Positions 10,796 to 23,489 of a DNA stretch of 64,000 bases are shown in pieces. Numbering within the stretch: position 1 is the first letter of the stretch; every line of letters starts with the position of its first letter. The stretch lies in contig OX597837.1 in assembly GCA_951406725.2 (NCBI GenBank), forward strand, positions 37,634,001 through 37,698,000, written 5' to 3'. This DNA is from Octopus vulgaris (lineage: Eukaryota). A program made the translations under genes and the position numbers. The notes under the pieces are model-generated. The model had not been told where the DNA came from, did no database searches, and worked only from the letters and a program-made list of their open reading frames with translations.

Positions 10796-11932
10796 TTAAT
10801 GACTTATTTTTCCAAACGCCAAACGGCGCCAATCCATGGACGGTAAACAGACCGCATTCTTATTGCGACTACATTCTTTTATATTGGAATCAAAGAGTAA
10901 TGGTTTTGGACAAATGTAGCGGTAAGGCCGATTGTTAAAGCAGCGGTAAAAGACTGAACGGTCAGAAGAATCGCAGAGAAATGTCGACCCTTGTTTACAC
11001 AGCTGCACAAGTTTATCTCGTTGCTGACGAGACTGGAGACCGAACTCTTTCCTTAGGGGTGTCCCGGTGCTTGCAGTAACAGTTCTATTATTCAACGGTT
11101 CAAATTGAGTTCGATTTCGTTTCTCTCCGTTTTCTTCGGTGGGGCTCAAATTCGATTCGACTTTAGAATTTAATTCATGTTGGACTGATTCCGCTCGAGT
11201 AACGTTAGTGGGAGACTTCTCTGTTGATAGGTTTTCTCTTGTAAACGACTTCAACGTTGGCGTAGCACGACTGGTAAATATCGCCAATTCATTGGTCGTG
11301 TTAGCTGGGTTATTAACGGGAAGAAGTTGAGAGACTGTGGCAGTTTCGTTCAATTTTAACTCCTCAGAGATGAGCTGAAACGACAGGTCATCATTTTGTA
11401 TGGACAAGTTGTATGAGGAGTTCACAAGATTCACAGCCACATCGCCGTCTGCGAACGATACGTTTTTCAATATTTTCTTTGACAGCGATTCAGATGGTCT
11501 TTCGTCAGCAGCAGAAGATAAATTGTGACCATCAGTGGCAGTTGTAGAACACCCATTCTGTAAGTTTTCCGCAAATGAAGTCGATAATGGCGAAGAAAAA
11601 TTAAAACGACACTTATTTGGGAAATAAAATTTTTTACGAAGCTCTCTTCCTTTCAAACATTCGACAACATCACATGGAAGAAGGCAGACTCCGCGAAAGA
11701 CATCGAATCGCTGCCCAGACGGACAAGTTTCTAAAGTTGGTCGATTTCCTGCCGCAGAGCAATTGTAGTAGATATGTGGCCTGTCTAGATCACATAACAA
11801 ACCTACATCTGAACATACACAGACATCGTTAGCGATAGAGTAGATTATCAAAGCGACTGATGAAGAAAATAAAATCAGCTGCAAAATCCAAGAAATACTA
11901 TTCACTATGTGTAACGGTAATCGTTTAACCAT
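10796..11932 (-). CDS. Secreted or membrane-anchored chitin-binding protein: two CBM14/peritrophin-A-like domains flanking a Ser/Thr/Asn-rich mucin-like linker (378 aa)
   Basis: Non-repetitive 378-codon ORF with a hydrophobic N-terminus (ISWILQLILFSSSVALIIYSIA). Domains read YYNC...CPSGQRFD...C...C and FYRC...CPKPLLFD...C...C. Many NxS/T sequons; start context aaaaATGG. Confidence 0.85.
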   Translation of the reverse strand: MVKRLPLHIVNSISWILQLILFSSSVALIIYSIANDVCVCSDVGLLCDLDRPHIYYNCSAAGNRPTLETCPSGQRFDVFRGVCLLPCDVVECLKGRELRKKFYFPNKCRFNFSSPLSTSFAENLQNGCSTTATDGHNLSSAADERPSESLSKKILKNVSFADGDVAVNLVNSSYNLSIQNDDLSFQLISEELKLNETATVSQLLPVNNPANTTNELAIFTSRATPTLKSFTRENLSTEKSPTNVTRAESVQHELNSKVESNLSPTEENGEKRNRTQFEPLNNRTVTASTGTPLRKEFGLQSRQQRDKLVQLCKQGSTFLCDSSDRSVFYRCFNNRPYRYICPKPLLFDSNIKECSRNKNAVCLPSMDWRRLAFGKISH

Positions 11933-11938
11933 TTTTAG

Positions 11939-11950
11939 CTGTGAAAACGA
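11939..11950 (-). promoter_or_regulatory. Putative splice acceptor just upstream of the chitin-binding gene ATG
   Basis: Minus strand reads gtcgttttcacAG|ctaaaaATG, implying an upstream non-coding exon. Confidence 0.45.
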
Positions 11951-12109
11951 CTTCTTTTTTTCTAGTAGTTTGTCTATTTATTAGAGCTTGAAACAGCAGC
12001 TTCGAGAGTAATTCCATATTTTTGAGCTATTCCAAGGAACAGGGGTGGAGGGAAGCAGACTCAGTCCCCTCCCTCTCTCTCAACTCGCTCATAATCTATC
12101 TTTATATTG

Positions 12110-12508
12110 GCTTTAAATTTTTTTGTTACAAGGCCCACGGTTACGAGGGCGAGGGTAAGTCGATTACATCGACCCAAATTTTCAGCTGGTACTTAATTTA
12201 TCGATCCTGAAATGATGAAAGGCAAAGTCGACCTCGGCGGAATTTGAACTCAGAACGTACCAATGGATGAAATACCTATTTCTTTACTACTCACAAGGGG
12301 GTTAACATAGAGTGGACAAACAAGGACAGACAAACGGCTTAAGTCGATTATATCGACCCCAGTGCGTAACTGGTACTTATTTAATCGACCTCGAAAGGAT
12401 GAAAGGCAAAGTCGACCTCGGCGGAATTTGAACTCAGAACGTAACGGTAGGCGAAATACCGCAAAGAATTTCACCCGGCGTGCTAACGTTTCTGCCAGCT
12501 CGCTGCCT
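12110..12508 (-). mobile_element. SINE family A, dimeric
   Basis: One head plus two bodies, with the junction gaaatacc|tatttctttactac. Confidence 0.85.
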
Positions 12509-12659
12509 AAAAGATGAATTATTGTTAAAAAAACAAAAAAAAACAACAAACAAACCCCCCAGGTTACAAGAAAAAGAACAAAAAAAAAGGGGGATTAAGT
12601 AGCAGAAAATGGTGGCAGGATGATAGGGCAAGAGGTTTGTTTTTATTATAACTTGACAA

Positions 12660-13460
12660 GATGGCGAGTTGGCAGTATCGTCGGCCCGTCGTACAAAATG
12701 CTTAACGGTATTTCGTCCTTCTGTTACGTTCTGAGTTCAAATTCCGCTGAAGTCGACTTTGCATTTCATCCTTTCGGGCTCCTTAAACACTGGGCTGCAT
12801 GTAATCGACTTAGCCCCTTTACCCCGAAATTTTAGGTCTTGTGCTTTTTAGTAGAAAAGATTATAACTTGACAAATAATATTTTTTCAATAATAAGGTGG
12901 CGAGCTGGCAGAATCGTTAGCACGCTGGCATTTCGTCTGCCGTTACGTTCTGAGTTCAAATTCCGCCGAGGTCGGCTTTGCCTTTCATCCTTTCGGAGTC
13001 GATAAATTAAGTACCAGTTATGCACTGGGGTCGATGTAATCGACTTAATCCGTTTGTCTGTCCTTGTTTGTTTCCTCTGTGTATAGCCCCTCATGGGTAG
13101 TAAAGAAATAAAAATAGGTATTTCGTCTGCCGCTACGTTCTGAGTTCAAATTCCGCCGAGGTCGGCTTTGCCTTTCATCCTTTCGGAGTCAATAAATTAA
13201 ATACCAGTTACGCTCTGGGGTCGATGTAATCGACTTTATCCGTTTGTCTGTCCTTGTTTGTCCTTTCTGTGTTTAGCCCCTTGTGGGTAGTAAAGAAATA
13301 GGTATTTCGTCTGTCTTTACGTTTTAAGTTCAAATTCCGCCGAGCTAGACCTTGCCTTTCATGCTTTCGGGGCCGATAAAGTAAGAACCAGTTATGCACT
13401 GGGGTCGATCTAATCAACTGGTTCCTTCTCCAAAAATTTCGGGCTTTGTGCCTAGAATAG
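12660..13460 (+). mobile_element. Family A SINEs: an old monomer (12660-12860) and a trimer (12895-13460)
   Basis: Head ggcgagctggcagaa followed by repeated ~184-bp body+tail units. Confidence 0.85.
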
Positions 13461-14487
13461 AACAAAATACACACACACAAATACAAACATCTACATAAAC
13501 TGTATTTAAAAAAAAATTATTTTGTTAATTATGGTGACAGTAATATGTGTATTTGTTTTCGAAAACGGAAATCCAGGGTTCGATTCATTCAGGTGACAGA
13601 AAGTTATATATATATATATATATATGTAACGCATTTAATTGATTAGTAAGCATTATATTGATGATGTCGGAGTCAGCAGTTGTAACGGGAGAAATTGGTT
13701 GGTAAATAATAATATGATGTGTCGATAAAAATTTTTTGTTATAATTGTATATTGTAAGATGTAAAAGATGAACAATGCATAAAGTTTTAAGAAAGTATTT
13801 ATTTACCGTTATGTTACAAATACCTTGCCTCGACGGGCAGGTTATGATAAATCCAAAAGCATGCGTTTGTGTCCTCTTCATTGTTTAGTAGTAATTACAG
13901 AGAGAGAGATAGAATGATGTTGTAAGAGAACAGAATTAGAGCTAGTGAGAGTGAGAGAGTGCGGGACGTTGTCTTTCTTTTTCCCTCTGACCGTTTTGTC
14001 TGCCTGCTTCCATGATTCCAGTGGTCGGTTCACAAACTGATGTTAGCTCTCTCTCAACTCACGAGTAGTCACCAAGGTAACTAACTGATTTTTGCTTGCT
14101 TATATAACTATCCAGAAGGATAGATATATCATTGAGAACAATAGATTTAGTTGGTGGTCTTGTTATATCTATTCTAGCTGTTGGGTAAGTAGAAGAGGTT
14201 AGAAAGGGTCAAGTGGTGAAGACATTATTTTGGCCTAGCTAAAGGCATCAGGAAAATGTAAAACTTCTGTCAGAGAAAAACCATTGTTCCATCGTGGGAA
14301 AAGTTCTGTTGCAATGTTAATTTAAATTTGGCTATGGTGGATCGAATCCACTTTATGCATGCAAGATCCACTACACACACACATATATATATATATATCC
14401 CCGGATGCAATTTAAAGTCACAACTAGACTATCTATTTATCTATCTAGCCATGTGCACATACGCACACACATATAGATTATATATAT

Positions 14488-14540
<53 letters not shown>

Positions 14541-14829
14541 ACAAATATATATATGTCTGTCTGTATGTATGTTTGTAGGCACAGATAGATAGTCTTGGGT
14601 ATGACATTTAAACTGCATCCGGTTTTGGGTTTCTGGTCCGGGAGATCTAGGGTTTATGGGGTGTGGAACCATCTCTTAGCTACTATTGTTCTCGGGTCGA
14701 TCCAGACCCGGAGTAGTATCATCTACCAGGGTCCCAGTTTAATGCATGTGAAAACTCGATCCGGCGGAAGGAACCTTCATGGTTCAACGGAGAGGAAAGC
14801 AGTTGCAGCGATGCTTTGTGAAGTGCAGA

Positions 14830-15560
14830 GAGCAGACTGATCCTCCGTCGGTTCACCCAGCTCGTGAAATTTACTTACAAGTGGCTGAGTATTCCACAAA
14901 CACACGTACATTAAACATAGTTCTCTGGGAGATTCATCATTACACAGAATGTGGCTGGCTGGACCTTCGAAATAGGCGGCGAGCTGGCAGAAACGTTAGC
15001 ACGCCGGGCGAAATGCTAAGCGGTATTTCGTCTGCGGTTACGTTCTGAGTTCAAATTCCGCCGAGGTCGACTTTGCCTGTCATCCCTTCGGGGTCGATTA
15101 AATAAGTACCAGTTACGCACTGGGGTCGATATAATAGACTTAATCCGTTTGTCCGTCCTTGTTTGTCCCCCTCTGTGTTTAGCCCCTTGTGGGTAATAAA
15201 GAAATAGAAATAGGTATTTCGTCTGCGGTTACGTTCTGAGTTCAAATTCCGCCGAGGTCGACTTTGCCTTTCATCCTTTCGGGGTCGATTAAATAAGTAC
15301 CAGTTACGCACTGGGGTCGATATAATAGACTTAATCCGTTTGTCCGTCCTTGTTTGTCCTCTCTGTGTTTAGCCCCTTGTGGGTAGTAAAGAAATAGACT
15401 GGACCTTCGAAATACAAGTGCTACACATTTTTGCTAGGTACAGCTCATTTTGGAGCAACGTGAAATAAAGTGTCTTGCTCAAGGACACAGCTATAAACGA
15501 ACCCACAGCATTACGGTCGTGAATCGAATAATTTAACTGCTAAGCCGTGCGGCCTCACAA
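14830..15560 (-). mobile_element. Old SINE (family D, same as 54150-54482) interrupted by a family A SINE
   Basis: gctcgtgaaatt...aagtggctgagta...ggagcaacgtgaaataaagtgtcttgctcaaggacac matches 54208-54410. Confidence 0.6.
14975..15396 (+). mobile_element. SINE family A, dimeric, young
   Basis: 18-bp TSD g(g/a)ctggaccttcgaaata at 14957-14974 and 15397-15414; the two units are near-identical. Confidence 0.9.
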
Positions 15561-15919
15561 CGCAGAGAGCAAGATGAGGCAAGTATGGCATCTTGGTCTT
15601 ACACAGCATTTGTCTCCATCTCCAGTCGTCTTGACCTGGTCTTGTCATTGGATGGAAGATGGTCAGAGCGAGAGAGTGAAGTTGACAGTCATTAATTTCT
15701 CTGATAATTCGATGGTCTTCGTCGCTCCGACCTACAAACAGTCTTGGGAAAGTTACGTTCTTGAGTTGGAAATCCGATCAAAGTCCGAAATTAAAACAAA
15801 TACATTATTTCAAGTAATTTATTCAATTGGTAGCCATGAAGTTGATATCGCACCTTAGATACAGACTAATAAATGAAATCAGTACAATTTTTTTAAAGAA
15901 TGAATAAATTAAAATCGAC

Positions 15920-16072
15920 GTGGCTGTGTGGTAAGTAGCTTGCTAACCAACCACATGGTTCCGGGTTCAGTCCCACTGCGTGGCGTCTTGGGCAAGTGTC
16001 TTCTACTATAGCCCCGGGCCGACCAATGCCTTGTGAGTGGATTTGGTAGATGGAAACTGAAAGAAGCCTGTC

Positions 16073-16120
<48 letters not shown>

Positions 16121-16340
16121 GTATGTATGTATGTGTGTCTGTGTTTGTCCCACTAGCATTGCTTGACAACCGATGCTGGTGTGTTTATGTCCCCGTCACT
16201 TAGCGGTTCGGCAAAAGAGACCGATAGAATAAGTACTGGGCTTACAAAGAATAAGTCCCGGGGTCGATTTGCTCGACTAAAGGCGGTGCTCCAGCATGGC
16301 CGCAGTCAAAATGACTGAAACAAGTAAAAGAGTAAAGAGT
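15920..16340 (+). mobile_element. SINE family C (tRNA-like head, internal microsatellite, gtaaaaga-repeat tail)
   Basis: Head tggctgtgtggtaag...gggttcagtccc; core cttgggcaagt; about ten copies or fragments in the window. Confidence 0.9.
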
Positions 16341-16765
16341 ATAATAGGTGTGCAGAAAAACAATATATTTTTTTATTGCTAGAGTTATGTTTCCTGATAT
16401 TACAATCGACGGCGATAGAGTTACTTCCCCTTACTTTTAGCCTTTACTCGATTCAGGTTTTCGACTGCGACCTTGCTGGAGCACCACCTTGGAGAAATAT
16501 AGTCGAACAACTCAACTTAGTATTTTTCTTAAAAACCAGGTATTTATTGTAAGAGTGACTTTTTACTGAACTGCTAAGTCATGTGAGCTTAAACGAAACC
16601 AACACCGGTTATTATGCAGCGGTAGAAGACAAAGACTAACACCCGCACCCCTCCACCCCACTCCCCACACATCAGGGCCGTCTTAGCGGCATTATAGACC
16701 CCCAGGCAAATTAGAGGGTAGTGGCACATATGAATACATACACACAAACACACACGCACATATAT

Positions 16766-16833
<68 letters not shown>

Positions 16834-17244
16834 GTGTGTGTGTGTGTTTCCCTTAGCATCGTTCGACAACCAGTGTGAGTTTGTTTACATCCCCAAAATC
16901 TAGCGCCCTGGAAATTAGAGAACAACAGAATAAGTAACTGACTTCAAAAATATCTCCTACAGTCGATTCGTTCGACTAAAACCCCTTCAAGGCAGTGCTC
17001 CAGTGTGGCCGTTGTCCACTGACAAACAAATGAACGATAAAGACAGAATAAATTCTCGTTCTGCTGTATAATAAATAATAGCCATTTCCACACAGACATT
17101 AGTGTCAGCCAAGTGTGAAGAGATAACGACAAGATGGGCGACCGAGTCGGCTGGTAGAGACTGGATCGAACCAGTTTGAACCAGTTAAATCTGGTTTTAT
17201 GTCAGCGAAATATACCGCTTTATGGTATATTTTATTGACATTCC

Positions 17245-17840
17245 GGCGAGCTGGCAGAAACGTTAGCACGCCGGGCGAAATACGTAGCCGTATTTCGTCT
17301 GCCGTTGCGTTCTGAGTTCAAATTCCGCCGAGGTCGACTTTGCCTTTCATCCTTTCGGGGACGATAAATTAAGTACCAGTTACGCACTGAGGTCGATATA
17401 ATCGACTTAATCCATTTGTCTGTCCTTGTTTGTCCCCTCTGTGTTTAGCCCCTTGTGGGTAGTAAAGAAATAGGTATTTCGTCTGCCGCTACGTTCTGAG
17501 TTCAAATTGCGCCGAGGTCGACTTTGCCTTTCATCCTTTCAGAGTCGATTAAATAAGTACGAGTTACGCACTGGGGTCGATATAATCGACTTAATCCCTT
17601 TGTCTGTCCTTGTTTGTCCTCTCTGTGTTTAGCCCCTTGTGGGTAGTAAAGAAATACGTATTTCGTCTGCCGTTACGTTCTGAGTTCAAATTCCGCCGGG
17701 GTCGACTTTGCCTTTCATCTTTTTGGGGGTCGATAAATTAAGTACCAGTCACGCACTGGGGTCGATGTAATCGACTTAATCCGTTTGTCTGTCCTTGTTT
17801 GTCCCCCTCTATGTTTAGCCCCTTGTGGGTAGTAAAGAAA
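17245..17840 (+). mobile_element. SINE family A, trimeric (184-bp period)
   Basis: gtatttcgtc recurs at 17290, 17474 and 17658. Confidence 0.9.
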
Positions 17841-18244
17841 CAAATTTTTAATTCACTCCTGGAAGAACGTATTAATTATTTCAGCCTGGCTGTGTTTGTA
17901 GACAGTTGGAAAGAATACTTTTCACAAAATAAATAAATAAATAAATAAGTAAACAAATGATTCCATTGTAGTGCGTGTGGGCTTCCTTAGTGTCCTGGCA
18001 ACCAATATTTCTAGACCCAATCCGCCACTGCTTATGAATACCGCTTATGTTTTACGCAAATTCTTCTCCGTGTCAGTTACAAATTTTATTCGTTCTTATC
18101 TTGTTCTTTTATTATACAGACATCAGTTTTTCCGGTCGCATGGCACCTTCCCTGTTAATATTTTTAGATGGAAAATGTTGGTGTCCCTCGATGTCTCTGG
18201 GTTTAGACTTCGATATAACTTGTAACAATTAAAGCATAGTCAAT

Positions 18245-18394
18245 ACTCAACTTGTACTTAATTTATCGATCCAGAAAGGATGAAAGGCTAAGTCGACCTC
18301 GGCGCAATTTGAACTCAGAACGTAACGGCAGACGAAATACCGCTAAGCATTTCGCCCGACGTGCTAACGATTCTGCCACCTTAATAATAATAAT

Positions 18395-18463
<69 letters not shown>

Positions 18464-18809
18464 TATAATAAAATTTATATACATATATATTCGCGTATAT
18501 ATAAATATGTGTGTGTATGTGTGTGTGTGTGTGTTTATCGGTGTACGTATGAATATATAGATACATATACATGTATACATACATGTTGTGGCGCGTGGCC
18601 TAGTGGTTAAGATTGTCGCACTCATGATGGGGAGATCGTGGTTTCCATTCCGGGACCGATTGCTCATTATTTCCCGTTGTTCCAGTTCACTCCCTGCAAG
18701 GGAGCTGTCCAATCAGGTTGGGGAGGGGGAAATGTTGGCTTGTTCCCTTCGGCAACGGGGCGGCATCATTCGAAAGCTAAAACGATGCAAAAGCACATTG
18801 GCACCAGTG

Positions 18810-18884
<75 letters not shown>

Positions 18885-19060
18885 AGGCGGCGAGCTGGCA
18901 GAAACGTTAGCACGCCGGGCGAAATACGTAGCCGTATTTCGTCTTTCGCTACGTTCTGAGTTCAAATTCCGCCGGGGTCGACTTTGCCTTTCAATCCTTT
19001 CGGGGTCGATAAATTAAGTACCAGTTACGCACTGGGGCCGATATAATCGACTTAATCCGA
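18245..19060. mobile_element. SINE cluster: family A (18245-18382, -), diverged family B-like (18590-18810, +), family A (18885-19060, +), separated by microsatellites
   Basis: Similarity to the copies listed above. Confidence 0.7.
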
Positions 19061-19500
19061 TGTTTTTCTACATCGAGTGAAAAACGGGATGGACGCTTTG
19101 TTTTTGTTTTGATGCCTCGCTCTGTTGTACACGACTATGAGGATTTGCATCCCCAACGTAAATCGTCTTTTTCCCAAACTTATAATGTAATACATGTCCT
19201 TGGAGTAGTAATTGTGCGCGGCTGAAGAAGGCTATTGACATACATATTACATCAATTATGCATTGATATAAACCGTCTAATAAAAGCCAGAAACATATGT
19301 ACCGCTAAATCCTTTGCATCATGTTTTTCTTTTGATAAATATACTCTATCACCTACAAACACTAACTGGCATATACAGGTGCTTACAATTATCAAGTATT
19401 CAACCTGATTTTTTTGTATGTATGTATATGTATATATATATCTGTGTGTGTGTGTGTGTATTAGAGACTTTGAGGACTTTATATATATATACACACACAC

Positions 19501-19545
<45 letters not shown>

Positions 19546-19562
19546 CATATATATATATACAC

Positions 19563-19593
<31 letters not shown>

Positions 19594-19774
19594 CACACAC
19601 AGACACACACATATATATGTGTATATGTGTGTGTGTGTGTGTGTGTTAGAGACTTTGAGGACTTTATCTTATGGACACAGAGAAAGAATGGAGTTAACTC
19701 GCAAGACTTGTATTATTTAATACAAAAAAAAAAGAGAAAAAGTCCGGTGAACTTGCCGTGGGTGAATGGAAAAG

Positions 19775-19808
19775 TTAACGTTTCGTATAGAGTCCTTCAT
19801 CAGAAAAA
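19775..19808 (-). ncRNA. Degenerate minimal hammerhead motif (Penelope-like)
   Basis: Minus strand reads tttt-CTGATGA-aggactctatac-GAAA-cg-TT-aa with palindromic aacgtt stem III; stem II is poor. Confidence 0.4.
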
Positions 19809-19894
19809 AAAAGTTGAAAGCAAAGAAATTAATGAGAATTAGCAGAGTTTTAACGGTTGTAAAACTATCCTCTGTTAACAATAAGAAGAAAAAA

Positions 19895-19995
19895 AAAAAC
19901 AGGTTACATTTCTTCTCTTTGTGGTCCCACACAACAATGTCTGGCCAGTTGTGTTTTAACTTGGTGGCTGTTTTAATTTTAAGTTCCACCCGTAT
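19895..19995 (-). mobile_element. Short fragment of a restriction-like-endonuclease (R4/Dong-like) LINE
   Basis: Translation TATKLKHNWPDIVVWDHKEKKC resembles the RLE (N/K)RPDIV motif. Confidence 0.55.
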
Positions 19996-20249
19996 TATTT
20001 TGACCCATCGGTCACATTACGTTTGTAGGTGTTTTCAGTTTTGTTCTCCTGTATTTTTTAATGTATGTATGTATGTATGTATGTATGTATGTATGTATGT
20101 ATGTATGTATGTATGTATGTATGTATGTATTTATGCATGCATGCATGTATGTTTGTATGTATGCATGTATGTTTGTATGTATGTATGTATGTATGTATGT
20201 ATGTATGTATGTATGTATGTATGTATGTACGAATGGATGGATGTATGTG

Positions 20250-20281
<32 letters not shown>

Positions 20282-20603
20282 TGTATGTATGTGTGTATGT
20301 ATGTGTACATTTATATATGTACACACTGAAGTTAATAAATGAATACGTTTTTGGGTTCGTTGCTTGTCTGCCTTAGTTTTCTTTTCGTTTGTTTCACGAG
20401 CAGTGCGGCTTTTACGAAGGATACATACATATATATATATAGAGAGAGATAGATATAGATATATATAAACAAGGACACGATCTAACCGTTCTTTTGACCA
20501 GTCGTTAAAGATCTGTATGTCGAGGAGAAGGGGGACAGAATTGGATAGTGTGGAGTTCACGAGCTTGCCGAGATGTTTTTTCATGTTGTGTAGAAGTTTG
20601 GAT

Positions 20604-20822
20604 CAGTGCTTTTCAACCTTTTTGCTGGAGCGGAACCCCAAGGAAACATTCCACTGGCTCGAGGAACCCCTGTGCAATAATTTAATAGTTTTATGCACAC
20701 ATATCTGCACAGGAGAATTAAAAATTACAGCCGATTTTAGCAGTTTTGTAACTTCTTGCGGAACCCCTGCACTGTACTGGCGGAATCCTAAGGTTCCGCG
20801 GAACCCTGGTTGAAAACCACTG
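20604..20822. mobile_element. hAT (Charlie-like) MITE, uninterrupted
   Basis: 15-bp TIR cagtg(c/g)ttttcaacc; 8-bp TSD gtttggat/gtttagat. Confidence 0.85.
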
Positions 20823-21744
20823 GTTTAGATACATAGGTGTACAGCACAGTTTTGAGTAGGGGGTGTAGTCTAGTGTAGGCCAATGTAATTTGGTGTAAAC
20901 AAAAGTTGGGTGAAATGTCCTTCCCGAGATATAGACTGATAAGGCTAGTTTCCTGGATTTTGTGCTGTATCTGTTCTCCCAACGGATGGGATGATCATTC
21001 GCCGTGGAATTACTCATTATTGCCAGGTGAGTGGACTGGAGCCACGAGAAATGAAGTGTTTTGTTAAAAAACGCGACATATCGCCAAGCGGTGGAATCGA
21101 AATCACAATCTTAAGCTTACGAGTACAACACCCCGAATCACTAAGCCACGCGCATCCGCAAGTACTAAATGAACGGGATGCGTTTTGGTTAGGTGCGCTT
21201 TTGCGCAGTGTCGAGTGATGTAGAATCAGGGAGAGAAGTGTAGTGGCGTATGAACCAAAAAGTATTTCAGTTCAGTAAAGTGAACTGTAAAGAATGTTAT
21301 GTAGCTTTGTGTAAGATGAAGCTGGGTAGAGTTCCTCGATGTGGATATCGCGAGAAATTCTGGTGTTTTGCAAGATAAAGAAACACTCAATACAAAAATG
21401 TCTTCCATAATTTCAAAGTTAAATTTTCATACGTTTTCAAATAAAATCTTTAAAACATTTTTTTGCGACAATTAACGTATTATTAAAATCAGGGTAGCGA
21501 GTGATTTGTCAATAAATTATAGCGAAATGGTACACGATCTTAGGAAAAATCATAAAAGAGTTGCCAGTTAAAATAAATTTAGGATTCTTTGAGGCGATTC
21601 CAATATTTTCATGTTTTAATTTCCGTGTAAACAGTTTCTTGTAGTTTAAAAACCTCTCCGTCTTGCACGTGAAGAACCTTGTATGTCCATGTTTGTAATC
21701 CGAGTCATCCAGTTGTTTGATTTCAGTACAAAAAACAAAAGACA

Positions 21745-22665
21745 TCAATGTTGATTGGAGGAAAGGCTTAGCTTGTTGCAACACAAGAAATGTTTGGTGG
21801 CCTTTCGGAACTGTTTACTGCAGACATTATAGACGAAAAAATTTATGAAATAGTTGATCTTGATGAAGAAAGTTGAGAGACATCTGAGGACTTTAAATCT
21901 CTCGTTTGATTTGGTCATATATTCTATGACTTTTGAAGCCACAACAGGAAAATAGCAACATATAAAAAGGCCGAAAATTAGCATCATCATCTTTGCCTTG
22001 TTTATCTCGTCTGCTTCTGAAGTGTCTGTTTTTGTACTGGGGCCAATCGTTCGCAACTGTTTCCTTGCTATCCACATCACCTTTACATAAAAGAAAACAG
22101 TTGTAGCAATGTGCAGAAAACCGGTAATAAAAATGAACGAGTTGATCCATTTTGGGTAAATTCTGTCAAACGAACAAATCGTCACATTCTCCCGTCCGCT
22201 GTAAAGCGATATGATGGCCGTAAGCAATATATTTCCCACCCAAGCAAGCAAAATGGTGGCGCCGGTCGTCTGCTTTGTTACGTAAATGCTATATTTAAAT
22301 GGCATAACTACTGCAATGTACCGTTCAATGGAGAGCAACGTTAGATTGCTGAGAGACAAGCAGGCCGAAAGGAAGTTTGATGAAAATGTTAAAATACAAA
22401 CCGATCTTGAGGCACTATTAGAGAATTTTGCTATGATTGTTGGTATCAAGGCTGAGATTCCGTATGCAATGTCGCCTGAGGCAAGGCTCGCTACAATCAT
22501 ATTGGTGTAATTTCGTAATGTGGGGTACTTGAAAATACAAATAACTGTGAGGAGGTTGAAGAAAACTATGGGAAACAAAGATATTATTTCAAATGTTAAA
22601 CAGATATAATGCATTGGATGGAACGAACAGCGAAAGTCGAGCGAGTATACAGTGGCGTTTTCCAT
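21745..22665 (-). CDS. Intronless class A (rhodopsin-like) GPCR, paralogue 1 (306 aa)
   Basis: Starts MENATVY, the ATG homologous to copies 3 and 4. Seven hydrophobic segments; LRNYTN, SLASGD, C3.25, [13 protein letters not shown]4.50, ECL2 Cys, CYFP, NFFVY, helix 8 SKQFRKA and CC. Confidence 0.9.
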   Translation of the reverse strand: MENATVYSLDFRCSFHPMHYICLTFEIISLFPIVFFNLLTVICIFKYPTLRNYTNMIVASLASGDIAYGISALIPTIIAKFSNSASRSVCILTFSSNFLSACLSLSNLTLLSIERYIAVVMPFKYSIYVTKQTTGATILLAWVGNILLTAIISLYSGRENVTICSFDRIYPKWINSFIFITGFLHIATTVFFYVKVMWIARKQLRTIGPSTKTDTSEADEINKAKMMMLIFGLFICCYFPVVASKVIEYMTKSNERFKVLRCLSTFFIKINYFINFFVYNVCSKQFRKATKHFLCCNKLSLSSNQH

Positions 22666-22736
22666 GTTTGTGCATATCAGTAGAAAGACTCTCTCCTTTA
22701 TATATATGTGTCTGTGTGTGTGTATATATATATACA

Positions 22737-22772
<36 letters not shown>

Positions 22773-22786
22773 TGTATGTATGTATG

Positions 22787-22844
<58 letters not shown>

Positions 22845-22928
22845 GAAAAACGGGTAGAGAGAGAGAGAACTTGTACGTGTACGCGTAGATACATAGATTT
22901 ACATGTTCAGACATGATTATGTGCGCGT

Positions 22929-23002
<74 letters not shown>

Positions 23003-23049
23003 CGTGCGTGTGTGTGTGTGTGTAAGTGTGTGTGTGTGTAAGTGTGTTG

Positions 23050-23300
23050 CAAAATTGCTAATTTGTCCATTCTTACTCCAGAATGAAGCAATCAATTAGG
23101 CCTGAAACACCTGAGTCCAATAATTCGAGAGAAATTTCATTGAAATACCTGCTTAATCGTTTCGAAATAAAGTTCGCGAACAATCTATATAATGTTCTTT
23201 GAAATTTAATAAGATTTATTGTGTTTAATTAGTTTTTGATGGGTTTTGTTAAGCCCGACCGCAGCCATCACAGACAGCGTTTCATATTTCTTAAACTGAC
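23050..23300 (-). promoter_or_regulatory. Conserved upstream block of the GPCR genes (also 27675-27925, 34195-34445, 40760-40980)
   Basis: About 240 bp of non-repetitive sequence retained upstream of all four copies. Function is inferred only. Confidence 0.4.
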
Positions 23301-23489
23301 ACACACACACTAACATACAAACGCACGCACACACATATACTCTCTCGCTCACACATACGCCTGGTTTCTTTTCGTTTCCTTTTTTGAAATTCAATCACAA
23401 GGAACTGAAACCAAGACAGTGATTGTTAAAACTAATTAAACTGAGTTAACAATAAGGCAACAGCATACTTTAGAAATTTTGTAGACATT

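Noticed and set aside
13680-14300. Possible solo LTR
   Set aside because: TG-start and purine-rich tracts are suggestive, but no matching CA end, TSD or second copy could be identified.
21893-22510. Alternative-frame and antisense ORFs over the GPCR genes, repeated in each paralogue
   Set aside because: Shadows of the real coding frame; their recurrence follows from the duplication.
22666-23091. 142-aa N-terminal extension of GPCR 1 in the 448-aa ORF call
   Set aside because: It consists of microsatellite translation; the ATG at 22665 aligns with the starts of copies 3 and 4.
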